Source: Macrostomum lignano (Eukaryota). Taken from it: DNA of 64,000 nt. Every line of letters starts with the position of its first letter. The stretch's first letter is position 1. This document shows, piece after piece, positions 13,809-26,049 of the stretch. Made by a program: the position numbers and the translations under genes. A model generated the notes under the pieces. The model was not told the DNA's origin, made no database searches, and saw only the letters and a list, made by a program, of their open reading frames with translations. Location: contig NIVC01001419.1 of NCBI GenBank assembly GCA_002269645.1, forward strand, positions 62,001-126,000. The letters run 5' to 3'.

Positions 13809-14996
13809 TTAGCACCAGGGGCTTTAGCACCAGGGGCGCCAGCACCAGGGGCTTTAGCACCAGGGGCTTTAGCACCAGGGGCTTTAGCACCAGGGGCTTT
13901 AGCACCAGGGGCTTTAGCACCAGGGGCTTTAGCACCAGGGGCTTTAGCACCAGGGGCGCCAGCACCAGGGGCTTTAGCACCAGGGGCTTTAGCACCAGGG
14001 GCTTTAGCACCAGGGGCTTTAGCACCAGGGGCTTTAGCACCAGGGGCTTTAGCACCAGGGGCGCCAGCACCAGGGGCTTTAGCACCAGGGGCTTTAGCAC
14101 CAGGGGCTTTAGCACCAGGGGCTTTAGCACCAGGGGCGCCAGCACCAGAGGCGCCAGCACCAGGGGCGCCAGCACCAGGGGCTTTAGCACCAGGGGCTTT
14201 AGCAACAGGGGCTTTAGCACCAGGGGCTTTAGCACCAAGGGCTTTAGCACCAGGGGCTTTAGCACCAGGGGCGCCAGCACCAGGGGCTTTAGCACCAGGG
14301 GCTTTAGCACCAGGGGCTTTAGCACCAGGGGCGCCAGCACCAGGGGCTTTAGCACCAGGGGCTTTAGCACCAGGGGCTTTAGCACCAGGGACTTTAGCAC
14401 CAGGGGCTTTAGCACCAGGGGCTTTAGCACCAGGGGCTTTAGCACCAGGGGCTTTAGCACCAGGGGCTTTAGCACCAAGGGCTTTAGCACCAAGGGCTTT
14501 AGCACCAGGGGCTTTAGCACCAGGGGCTTTAGCACCAGGGGCTTTAGCACCAGGGGCGCCAGCACCAGGGGCTTTAGCACCAGGGGCTTTAGCACCAGGG
14601 GCTTTAGCACCAGGGGCTTTAGCACCAGGGGCTTTAGCACCAGGGGCTTTAGCACCAGGGGCTTTAGCACCAGGGGCTTTAGCACCAGGGGCTTTAGCAC
14701 CAGGGGCTTTAGCACCAGGGGCTTTAGCACCAGGGGCTTTAGCACCAGGGGCGCCAGCACCAGGGGCTTTAGCACCAGGGGCTTTAGCACCAGGGGCTTT
14801 AGCACCAGGGGCTTTAGCACCAGGGGCTTTAGCACCAGAGGCGCCAGCACCAGGGGCGCCAGCACCAGGGGCGCCAGCACCAGGGGCGCCAGCACCAGGG
14901 GCGCCAGCACCAGGGGCGCCAGCACCAGGGGCGCCAGCACCAGGGGCGCCAGCACCAGGGGCGCCAGCACCAGGGGCGCCAGCACCAGGGGCGCCA
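13809..14996. repeat. 15-bp minisatellite AGCACCAGGGGC(TTT/GCC), about 79 copies
   Basis: Two interspersed unit variants are present. The same family recurs at 29036-30200. Confidence 0.97.
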
Positions 14997-15547
14997 GGCC
15001 GTCATATAATTTTAGCAGAGAGTTTATGGGTCGAGGGTTTTCCTGTTTTTTTAGAAGATATAAGCTGTCCTCATTTCTTTTCTAGTCCTTGATGTTTCCT
15101 TACCCTGCTGTGTACCTGTACTACACGAGCTATAACATTAATTACTTACACAAAAGTACTTTGGACTTTCCCGTGTACTCTGGTCACGAGAGGAGAAGCT
15201 TCCTTTGATTAAATACTCTGCAGGGATCAGGATTAGGATAATGGATTTTTTGTTTAGTCGATACCAAATCCTGAGTGTTAGGCTCCTGACAGCTAAGTTA
15301 TAGGTTGGCTTGCACAGAAAGCAACTGAGCTGCTTTCGGCATCGATACGAGCTGGGAAAATAGCTGTGACTGCATATTTGACTCTGCGAAATCGACTTTC
15401 AACTCACCGTTGCTACGCTCGCATTACTCGATGCTAATACAGATTCGATGTAATGATTTGTTTCGTAATTACTATCTCTGAGGAATTAAAAACCTTAGAT
15501 CTCCGTCCTTATTTGAGAATCTGTCTACTTTTTCACGAGCCATTCCT

Positions 15548-15670
15548 TTATCCTTAGGTCACTCTTTTATCCTTAGGTCACTCTTTTATCCTTAGGTCAC
15601 TCTATTATCCTTAGGTCACTCTTTTATCCTTAGGTCACTCTTTTATCCTTAGGTCACTCTTTTATCTGTG
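15548..15670. repeat. 21-bp tandem repeat TCCTTAGGTCACTCTTTTA-type, about 5-6 copies
   Basis: Seen directly in the sequence. Confidence 0.9.
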
Positions 15671-15707
15671 GGTCACTCCTTTTACAACTCTTTTTATCCG
15701 TGGATTC

Positions 15708-16620
15708 TACAACAACAACAGAATACGCAGTTAGCGTCACAGGGCGCGCTTCAAGGCCCCCGCCGGTAGGGTGCCTGCAGCGTTAGCAGCAGCTCTTTCT
15801 GCACCGGCTCTGGGCAGTACTACTCGGCGCGGATGATGTGGCCTGCCACCTGGAGTCGCCGACGGCGCAACAGGTCGCTTGGACAGACCAGGCCGGCGCG
15901 GTGATACAAAGCCGCGTTGGTCACTCGCTCGATCGTAGCCGATCTTGAAGGCGGCGAGCAGCAGGCCAGCGTGCGCCGCGTCAACTTGTTGCTCGAGCGA
16001 CTCCGTCACCGTCCAGATCTCGGCGTTGTACAGCAGGACGGTCTCGATCACCGCCTGAAACAACGCCGCCCTGTGGCGGTCAGGTAAGGCCTCGGACTGC
16101 ATGACTGCCTTCACAGGCAAGCCCGGGGCGACACCGCAAATCCTCGCGGACGCCGCGAACCAGACCGCCGAGGTAGACGAACTGCTGACAACGCGGAAGC
16201 TCTGTCGCCTGTCCATCAGCGCCTCGGCACAAAATCGCAGCCTCGATGTTCGTCCGGCATGCAGAGCAGGGGATTATGGAAACACGATGGCTCTTATTAT
16301 AATAAAAATTTAAAAGCTCTGGAAATGTTAATAATGAAAAATCCCGCACGGGTGTCCATAGTCACCTGTTGTCATCTTTTGAAGGTGCCGACTGCGTCGG
16401 GGTGATGACGGAATGCTTGAGAGACCAGCTGAGGATGTTCAGCAGTTGAGGCTTCATCAGCGAAACTCGAAAAATTCGCAATAGGGTACACAAAGTCACC
16501 TGGTGCCACCTGTTGAAGGTCCAGAAGCTCCGCCTGGGTGAAGGCTAGTAGCTATAAAGTCAGAGCTGATGCAGACGCATGCGGTCGACGTGCTGATGAA
16601 ATTTGGAGACTTGGCAAGGC
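15708..16620 (-). mobile_element. decayed non-LTR retrotransposon (RTE-like) reverse transcriptase 3' fragment
   Basis: Frameshifted pieces read CQQFVYLG and LFQAVIETVLLYNAEIWT, typical of the LINE ORF2 C-terminus. A (TGT)n tail is seen as ACAACAACAACA near 15708-15720. Confidence 0.75.
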
Positions 16621-17276
16621 TGCAGTGAGGCGCAGTGCTGATTGGCGCATGCAGGGGTGTACTGAATACACTAGCGCTTATGGGAAAAATCCGACCTTCT
16701 GGCAGAATCGTTGAATATCTCGACGGTCCGGAGGGCTGGCGATTTGATTCTTGTTTGAGAAGGTGCGCAACAAAAAGTCAGCCCGTGTTCTTGAATTTCG
16801 TGTGCCTGCGTTGCTCCGTCCCAGCGCACCAAAAAATTGTCAGGGAGAATCCCCCCCGGTAGTTCTACTGTCAAGCCATTCTTTCATCTGCATGTCACTT
16901 CAAAATCGCTCAAAGTTCTCGAAAACTGAATGAAAACTGGATTGGGTGGCTTATACTCGTAAACAGGTGGCTTACAGGTTTCGCATCTCGAGTTGGCTTA
17001 TCAACTTTTTTCAATGAGTTTACATGGGGAAATATCCGACATGTTTGCGAACGATCATAGTTCGATCGTTTCAATTGTTTGACAAGAAGTTGACAGCGCG
17101 GCTGACAGATTGAAGCTTATAGTGACGACCGCCTACGCAAAGATTCGTGTCAGAATGGCTCAAGCCTATCAGGTGAACCAGGTGCAAAAAGTCTATATAA
17201 GAGAGAGATCTGTTCCGAGCCAAGTGTTCAATCAGTCCAAGGCAACTTCTAAGCGCGCCTAAGCTGTTCAGCAAAA

Positions 17277-17897
17277 ATGTCCGCCGCCTGCAAAACCGCC
17301 CTCGTCGCGATCTTCATGCTCGCCAGTTTAATCTCACTGGGACTCGCCGCCAGTCATGCTGAACTGATGGAGCTGCCGGCTGCTGCAGTGGCCAAGTCCG
17401 GCATCCAATTCGCTAAAAGGATTCGCATGGACAGTGAGTCATACTTGAACTGGAAAGGCCAAACCCCCCCTCCCAATAGAAAGTCAGGACCGAGGTGCAA
17501 CCATGAGTGAACGGGGCTGCCTGTGTGTCAGAAAACGATAAAAATGAAAGATAAGAGCTACAATTTCAATGAAAAAAGGACTATTAGAGACAGAAAGCTA
17601 GATAATGTACAACACGCTCGTGGAAAGTAAATAGCAGGAAGGCAGGAAGGCAGTACTAACCCTGGTGCAACGCCTTCGTCTGGTGTTCGTCTGACACGTG
17701 ATACATCGTTTGACACCTTTACAATGTTGCCAGCGCCCCCCCCTCTCTTCACTCCGATTGCAGCTCACCGAGCATTCGTACCGTTCTGCACCTATCGTTG
17801 CGAGATGCACTTTGGTAGGGAACGGGGCTGCGTCGGCTACGTCAATCAGAAGGAGGGCAACTGCCTGTGCGCCTGCCCCCGGCCTGCTGGCAACTGA
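17277..17897 (+). CDS. secreted Cys-rich peptide precursor (defensin/toxin-like), join(17277..17433,17764..17897), 96 aa
   Basis: The signal peptide is followed by a prosegment ending in KR. The donor is A/GTGAGT at 17434 (phase 1) and the acceptor is pyrimidine-rich, TTGCAG ending 17763. Exon 2 continues in frame as THRAFVPFCTYRCEMHFGRERGCVGYVNQKEGNCLCACPRPAGN-stop. Confidence 0.72.
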
Positions 17898-18257
17898 CCA
17901 ACCGATTCGCCGTTGGCTGACAGTTCACCGGAAAATGCGCTTAAATGTTACGAACCGATTTATAGATATTTTTCCGCACATTCCCAATTAGATATTTCTC
18001 GGCAAGACTGAGAAGTTTTATCATTTACCATTTTAAAAGCAAGTTTGTAAGTTAATCAAATCAGCCAATGGACAGAAATATTCCGGACTAACTATATCCT
18101 ACTACTGTACAGTAGAATGACTTGAGTTTAGTTTTTATTATTTTAACATCATCAACAATACAACATTCACTTACAGCGCATATGAAAGTGATTGCAGCTG
18201 TATGATTGATAGCTGAAGTAGTGAAACTTCTTTGAGAGCTTCTTCACATATATTAAC

Positions 18258-18362
18258 AGAGATTCACAGAGATTCACAAAGATTCATAGAGATTCACAAA
18301 GATTCACACAGATTCACAGAGATTCACAGAGATTCACACAGATACACAGAGATTCACAGATT
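18258..18362 (+). repeat. 10-bp repeat AGAGATTCAC, about 10 copies
   Basis: This is the reverse complement of the array at 18985-19395. Confidence 0.9.
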
Positions 18363-18984
18363 TTGTATTAATAAGCAATGTTGGAAATCCAAACTTCCAC
18401 TTTCTAAGAACCGCGTTTAGTTGAGAGGAAAATCGTTCTAAAATGAAAGCAGCAATGAAAAGCAACTGCAGTAAGAAATGACATCTAAGTAGTTACACGC
18501 GTAATTAAAGTGCTTAATTTACAAGCAGATTCGGAGCAACGGACGTCATTACCTTGACAACCACGATCCCTTCCGATCGAATTTCAGTCAGGAATGTAGC
18601 TCCGAACTCGTGACCTGTTTGAGGGCATCCTCAAATGAAAGTACAATTAACAATTGAAATTTCCGAAAGTCTATTGGGTGACACTTAATTAAATAAATGC
18701 GTGTGATTCGTTATTGAGTATCGATTAGAAAATAAGAATGTCTAACTAATATGAAAAAAATGTTCAATCTATTAGTTACAGTGACAATGCAAATGTGCTT
18801 TAGTTATTAGCTGACCTATTTTTGGATTGCTACTGGAGCGACTGTATATAAATATGAATTAGCACCTTTGCTCCATGCAATGATGTTTTTAAAATGATGT
18901 TTCACTGCACGTTTCATAACAGAAATATATTGAATACTTAGCAATATACAGCTTACGTATATACGCTTGTACATTGTGATGGCT

Positions 18985-19395
18985 GTGAATCTCTGTGAAT
19001 CTATGTGAATCTATGTGAATCTCTCTAAATCTCATGAATCTGTGTAAATCACTTTGAATCTCTGTGAATCTATTTGAATCTCTGTGAATCTATTTGAATC
19101 TCTGTGAATCTATGTGAATCTCTGTAAATCTCTATAAATCACTTTGAATCTCTGTGAATCTATTTGAATCACTTTGAATCTCTGTGAATCTATTTGAATC
19201 TCTGTGAATCTCTGTGAATCTCTGTGAATCTCTGTAAATCTCTATAAATCACTTTGAATCTCTGTGAATCTCTGTGAATCTCCATGAATTTCTATGAACC
19301 TCTGTGAATCTCTATAAATCACCTTGAATCTCTGTGAATCTCTGTGAATCTCTGTGAATCTCTGTAAATCTCTGTGAATCTCTGTGAATCTCTGA
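18985..19395 (-). repeat. 10-bp repeat (GTGAATCTCT on +), about 40 degenerate copies
   Basis: Seen directly; it is inverted relative to 18258-18362. Confidence 0.9.
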
Positions 19396-19492
19396 GGTGC
19401 TTTTGGTTTTACTTTTAGAGAATTAACGGTAATTAACCTTGAGTCGTCGCTTCCGATTGCAATCCCTAAAAAAATATACGCAGTAATTAAAG

Positions 19493-22400
19493 TCACAACT
19501 TTGTGCCAAAAGCTTCTACCAAAGTTTCATCATCCTGCTCAAAGTGCTCAAAGTTGTCCCTGCGGCAACAATCGCAGCAGTTGCAGTCTTTGTCGCCGCC
19601 TGTGTCACCATCGTCTTTGTCACGAACTTCTCCCTCTCCATCTTCTTCGCCGTCGCTCTCGTCATCGATGAGGCGCGTGATCGCCTCCTCGGAATCGAAC
19701 TTGGGACGTCGCAGCCTCGTCAACTGGTGCTGCTCGGTGCTGCTGGGCCGGCAGCTCAGGTCCAGCTGAGTGCAGAAGCTGCTCGGTTCGTAGGCCCGCG
19801 AGCGAACCAAGTCAAAGTTGATGCGACCTTTGAAGAACGGCGACCTGGCCAGAGCGGACAGGGAGACAATTCGTCTTTCGGGCAACTTCTGCAGCAGCCG
19901 TTCGATGGTGTAGCGGCACTCCCAGGTGAGACTGGCCGGCGCCTCGAAGCTGTGCTGCCGGACCAGCTGGCGCATCTGGCGGCAGGTTGGCGCCGCGTGC
20001 AGCGGAAACTGCAACGAATGTCCATCAGCTTTGAAAGAATTTAAAGCTGGTGAATTTGTATGCCAAGGACTACTTAAGTAGAAGGACGCGAAACTATGTT
20101 TCTGGGAAAATTTTAGGGAGGCAGGACTTTCCGAAAAAATACACTACGGAGATAGGAAGTTTCCATTTTTTCAGCACAAAAGTTGTTATTGCTTTCGATA
20201 GGAATTCTTAGCTGACTGTGTAACAATATGTGTAACAGAAATGATAAAATAGATTCATAAAACCAAAGAGCCGAGCCGTGCACTTCTATTGGTCTTTAGG
20301 CCAATAGAATCCTAATTTTCTAAACGGAAAGCTCTATGAATATCAATAGAGCTACTCGTATGAGATTTTTTTATTAGAGTCAGGGGGGTTGTGTGCACCC
20401 TGGCGCACTTTAAGCGACATTGTCACACAACCGGCGAGAGGCATTACTGTCCATTCCGCCGACTCCCCTGAGCAGGCATACAAGCGCGCGGATACGTACG
20501 CAGGCACACACTCACACAGGAGTGTACAGCGGCCCTAACTTTATATTATCGTTAGGCATGTACACTTCACTGCGCCTTGGGGGGTTGGCTCTCAAGGCCG
20601 TTAATTACACGAGCAGAGCCAAGCCGAGATTCCAATTCAGCCCCAAATTAATGTGACTGCACTTGGAATTGAGCCTGGGTCGCTGGCACGCCAGAGCGTG
20701 CGCTAGACCCCCTTACTCGTATAAGATAGGCAAAGCATATTAAAAGAATAACATTGGGTCTGTCTCCTATCGAAAGCAATAACAATTTTTGTGCTGAAAA
20801 ATGATAGCTTCTTATCTACTTTAGTAGTAGTCCTTCTACTTTAGTGGTCCTTGAGTTTTACAAGTATATTAAATTTATAAAAAGTATAGAGGCTTGGCAA
20901 GCGCATTTTGTTTAAGTTTATGAAGCTCACCTTTCCAGTGACTAGGGCGTAGAACAGGATGCCCAGGGACCACCAATCGACGCTGTGATTGTACGGCCGG
21001 CCGCAGAGCATCTCAGGTGCTGGAATGAACAGGTTGTGACCCAGCACAGCCCTAGGTCAGACAGAGGGGGAAGTGGCCCCAGCCGGTAGTTTTACTATTA
21101 AATTCTGCTGAGCCATGCTTGGGTGAGAGAGATTATGCTAATTTTCTCTGCGCACTGGCCTAAGACTTTGGCATGGTGCCAAAATGTTCTAACTAAACTT
21201 TCCAGTTGCACCTAGACTGCCTGATCAAACAGTTTTGTTTTGACGCTGAGGCCTTGCTTAAGTCATTAAACGAAAAGGACATATTCTTATTCGTGAATTA
21301 TAATTATAAACCTAATTAATAAAGATGGAAAAAAGCTCATTTAAACAAAGTAATTTAAAATTAATTTCGGTGCCCCGACTGCACGGAAGCTGCAACTGTT
21401 TACTGTAGGGGTGTTCGGGTCGGCCATTTTTTCGGGGTTCGGGGTTTACCCCGAACCCGGTACCCCTACCCCGAACCCCGAACCCCGTCCCGAACATTTC
21501 TTCCAACCCGAACCCCGAACCCGGTACCAAAACCCGACCCGACCCCGAACATTTTCACGCTTATTTTGGTCAATCATTTTAATAAATTCAGTTTTCAGTT
21601 TTCAATTTTTCAGTTTTTAGTTTTGAATTTCAGTTTTAAATTCAGTTTTATATATTGAGATGTGCCTTAACAGCTTCAACCACTTAGCCTTGTGGTTTTA
21701 TTTCCCTTAGCTACTCTACAACTAGGAAAAGAAATATGAAACACTTCTTGCAATGGGATTGGGATTGAGATGGAAGGAATACCAAGACCCAAGATCTAAT
21801 AGTAAGATACATGAAAGTTCACAACTAAAATCAGGACCATTTCGTACCTATACTTACAACGAAATTGCTTTCATAGTAATATTACATCTATGAGTTTATT
21901 TAAGCTGCAAAAATAGAGTACAATAAAATTAGATTCTACCCTGTAGTGCAGATATCAGAAGAGATAGAACTAGAGCGATAAAGAGATGGCACAGATAAAA
22001 CAATGATACAATGAAACAGGAGACTTAATCACAAATATTTATTTATTTTTACTTTTGACTACAGTTAACAGTAAGTCAGTAGTGGTATAACAGAATTGCT
22101 ATGTAAAAACTAAAGTGACGTCTTTACATAAAATTGTATGCTGATATGAGTAGGTAATCATTGTGATAATTGATTGGCGACTGATGCGTGGAGAATAATA
22201 GTGTATTTATACATTTTAAGCTTCCTCATCCAATCCAGAAGTTCAGACCATGTTACACGTAGCACATGCAAAATTATTACTGAACGTAATTTTTTAAATC
22301 ATCAACTGCAAGACTGAATGGGTCGAAAAACTACAATCGTTATTTACCAGAAAGTGTAAATGAATCCATGGTTCTATCTGCTATTTCCGTTTCAAATTGT

Positions 22401-25400
22401 ATGTAAAATATAACTTAAGTTGTACCTGAAACTCAATGCATATCTTTCGTATTGTGGATTTTGCATAAGGAGTAAAAAGTGCTTGAAAATATTCTTGAGA
22501 ATGATAATTGTTCAAAACCCCGAAAACCCCGAAAACCCGGTGGCCAAACCCGACCCGAACCCCGAACCCGGTACCCCTACCCCGAACCCCGAACCCGACC
22601 CGGAACACCTACCCCGAACCCCGAACCCGGTACCAAAACCCGACCCGAAACCCGACCCGACCCCGAACCCCGAACACCCCTAGTTTACTGGATGGCTGCT
22701 TTATCAAGTGCGCAGTTACTGCCAACTCTGGAATGCGGGGCATTTCAGCTGATCAATTCTTGTTGTATTTACGAGCTAAATTTCCAAGCCAACAATACGC
22801 TTGTAACACTTTAACTCTATAATAAAGAGGCCAGAATTGCTGATTTGCCTAGCAATAAAATGACTGCGCAACATCGAGTCTTTGCTCAAAAAACTCCTAC
22901 TTGGTCAAAGTGCAACAACACTTGACGAAACCTCACCTGAGTAAGCCAGAGTACCGCACATGGTCCTCGTCACCTGACCCCTTCGAAGCCACTTGCTCAA
23001 GCCGAAGTCAATCAGTACGAGATGACCGTCCGAGTCCATGACGACATTCTCCAGCTTGAGGTCGCGAAACACGACACCAGAGTCGTGCAAGAAGTCGATG
23101 GCGCAGGCCAGCTCAGCCAGGTAGAGTCTCGCCAACGACTCAGAGAATTTGCCGTGCAGTTTCCACAGGGCGAATAGTTCACCGTTGGGGAAGTACTCGA
23201 GCAACAGGTAGAGCCGCTTTCGAGTCTGCCAGTGGCTGAGCAGGCTGGCTACAAAACAGCTGCTCTTGCCTGACAGATCCGACTGGATGCTCACCTCCTC
23301 CTTGGCCTGCGACACCATGGCGTGGCATCTGTGCACCAGGCGGGCCTTGTCGATGACCTGAAAGAAAAGTCGAAAATCGAGTACGTGCGGTGCTCTGATC
23401 GGCAACGGGTCAAAATGATAGTTGTACAAAATGATAGTTGTACAAAATGATAGTTGTACAAAATGATAGTTGTACAAAATATGATAGTTGTACAAAATGA
23501 TAGTTGTACAAAATATGATAGTTGTACAAAATATGATAGTTGTACAAAATATGATAGTTGTACAAAATGATAGTTGTACAAAATATGATAGTTGTACAAA
23601 ATGATAGTTGTACAAAATGATAGTTGTACAAAATGATAGTTGTACAAAATGATAGTTGTACAAAATGATAGTTGTACAAAATGATAGTTGTACAAAATGA
23701 TAGTTGTACAAAATGATAGTTGTACAAAATATGATAGTTGTACAAAATGATAGTTGTACAAAATATGATAGTTGTACAAAATATGATAGTTGTACAAAAT
23801 ATGATAGTTGTACAAAATGATAGTTGTACAAAATGATAGTTGTACAAAATGATAGTTGTACAAAATGATAGTTGTACAAAATGATAGTTGTACAAAATGA
23901 TAGTTGTACAAAATGATAGTTGTACAAAATGATAGTTGTACAAAATGATAGTTGTACAAAATGATAGTTGTACAAAATGATAGTTGTACAAAATGATAGT
24001 TGTACAAAATATGATAGTTGTACAAAATGATAGTTGTACAAAATATGATAGTTGTACAAAATATGATAGTTGTACAAAATGATAGTTGTACAAAATGATA
24101 GTTGTACAAAATATGATAGTTGTACAAAATGATAGTTGTAGAAAATATGATAGTTGTACAAAATATGATAGTTGTACAAAATGATAGTTGTACAAAATGA
24201 GAGTTGTACAAAATGATAGTTGTACAAAATGATAGTTGTACAAAATGCTAGAGCAGAACATCATAATGAAGATGTCTGCTCTTCTAAATTATCTTTATTG
24301 AATATACGTCAGAAGTCAAATCTACAAAGTTTGAAATTCTTCGTTAGATAATTGGTCTTTAGTTGGAATATCGACGCAAATTTCGACATCAAGAGAGCCT
24401 CAGACATGTAAATTTTTGAAAGAGCCTGAGCAGTTTCGGAATGAACGAGCCTTGAAACTCGTTTACATAGCCAAGATTGTTACTCATATATCGTGCACTC
24501 GTTCGCATAATGGTGCGACTGATGCTAAAAGTACTTGTACTTTATGATTTAATTGTCTGCTAGTCTGTATAGTTAGCTTGACAAAAATGACGGGGTAATA
24601 AATTAAAAACGTCTTGAAAATTTCTGCAAGGCACGTTCTCTGTCTCGATGCAACTCAGCTATAGCGTCTCAATTGCTCCATTTGCTTGCTAAGAAAGCAT
24701 AAGCCGCAGTCATAAAACAACTGTAACTTAATCTCAGATGAGCTCCAACGGCGACACTTGCGGCTGCATGGCGTTGTGCTTTTGGAGTCTGGCAAATCCA
24801 GACAGATAGTAGCTACCCTGAGACAATGCTTGATACGAGCATGGCTCGGCATCACTGCATGCTAGCTTGCTTCTCTAGCTTTTGACTATTCATAACTCAT
24901 TTCCATGAAGCCTGCAGTTTCTGAGCCTAGTTTTTGCTCATCTTTTTCAAGTCTAGAGTTCTCTCCGTCATAAATTTATGATTGAGAGAGAGAAAAAAGT
25001 TATTTTTTGAAGTGGTCTCATGACAAGTAAGCGGTCTGGGCTGCTGGCCCTCTGTCACCCCGAAAGAAACCGCTAGCTTAGTAGTCAAATTATTTAGTTA
25101 TGAGTAATTAATCTAGACTAGTTAGCTAATAAAAATTCAGTGCAAAATAAAATGCAGCTTCCTAAATACTCTTTTGACTACACAATTTTACTTTAACGAC
25201 TTGACTTGACATTCTACCATAGAGGGTAGAAAAGCGACGTAACGCTTAAAAAATTGGGTTTTAAAATCAAAACTGTGGCCTTCTTAATTGTTTATTCGTA
25301 ATTTTGCCATGCCATGCAGAAGTAAACTACATATTTTTTGGTTTCGCAGAGATTACTTTTTGTTTAAATGCATTGCATCAACATCCCGAATGCTCCCGAC

Positions 25401-26049
25401 AGCTATCGCTTCAAAGAATCTAATTGGGAGTTTGCGAGAAAACGGAAAACTTTGTATTCAACATCTACATGATTTTAATGCGATATTTCCGCCTACATGT
25501 ACTGTCGTTGATCCTTGTTGACATCCTTAACGTAGCTATATGCACTTATAATATATGCACTTATATCTAGACTTACAATTGAAAAGTTCATCTCACCTTC
25601 AGCGCGTACTCTTTCTTGTCGTCGTCGCACCGGACTTTCAGCACATTCCCAAACGAACCGGCCGCGATGACGTCCAGCACTTCGAAGCCGTCGAGCTCTT
25701 GCGGCCCGCAGCAGCGCACCGGATAATCTGGCAGGAACAGCGACTCGACGTTCGGCACCGGCCACTTGGACTTGGAGGCGCCGAACTTGCTGAACAGCGT
25801 CGACCGGTGGATTCGCTTGCGACTTTCGCGGTTCCACTTGTTGGCGATGCGCTTCTGCGCCTCCGTGTCGTCAGGTGTCGATCGACACTGCTTCAAGGCT
25901 TTCTGACAGTCTTTCGTGGCCGCTGCGGCGACGCTCAGTCTGGAGGCCCATCGACGAAGTCGTCGAAAGGAGGTCTCGCGGCCATTGAATGAGGCATGGC
26001 TGTCCTTGGCTGCCATGGCAACTAATTGTTGAGCTTGGCTGTTGCCCAT
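19493..26049 (-). CDS. RSKR: AGC-group Ser/Thr kinase, RSKR/SGK494-like; exons 26049-25597, 23357-22937, 21019-20931, 20008-19493; about 492 aa
   Basis: Kinase motifs are [41 protein letters not shown] and [12 protein letters not shown]. The pre-kinase LFLPDYPVR and HWQTRKRLY match my recollection of SGK494 (FLPEFPIR, SWQGKRHL). All three introns are GT-AG with compatible phases 0, 1, 0. Confidence 0.85.
20167..20801. mobile_element. MITE-like element with about 37-bp terminal inverted repeats in kinase intron 3
   Basis: TTTTTCAGCACAAAAGTTGTTATTGCTTTCGATAGGA (20167-20203) is the reverse complement, with 1 mismatch, of 20765-20801. Internal blocks resemble sequence at about 49640-49730. No TSD was identified. 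Confidence 0.55.
21406..22682. mobile_element. non-autonomous hAT-type DNA transposon, 1277 bp, in kinase intron 2
   Basis: It has 14-bp TIRs TAGGGGTGTTCGGG / CCCGAACACCCCTA and a perfect 8-bp TSD GTTTACTG (21398-21405 and 22683-22690). CCCGAAC subterminal repeat clusters lie at both ends. There is no transposase ORF. Confidence 0.9.
23413..24250. repeat. 17/19-bp minisatellite AATGATAGTTGTACAAA(AT) in kinase intron 1
   Basis: Seen directly; each unit carries the palindrome TTGTACAA. It artefactually extends three ORFs. Confidence 0.96.

Noticed and set aside
17434-17510. C-terminal part of the track ORF as a neuropeptide (SESYLNWKG...)
   Set aside because: It follows a consensus GTGAGT donor, and the spliced alternative gives a coherent 6-Cys peptide. 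It is retained only as a possible unspliced isoform.
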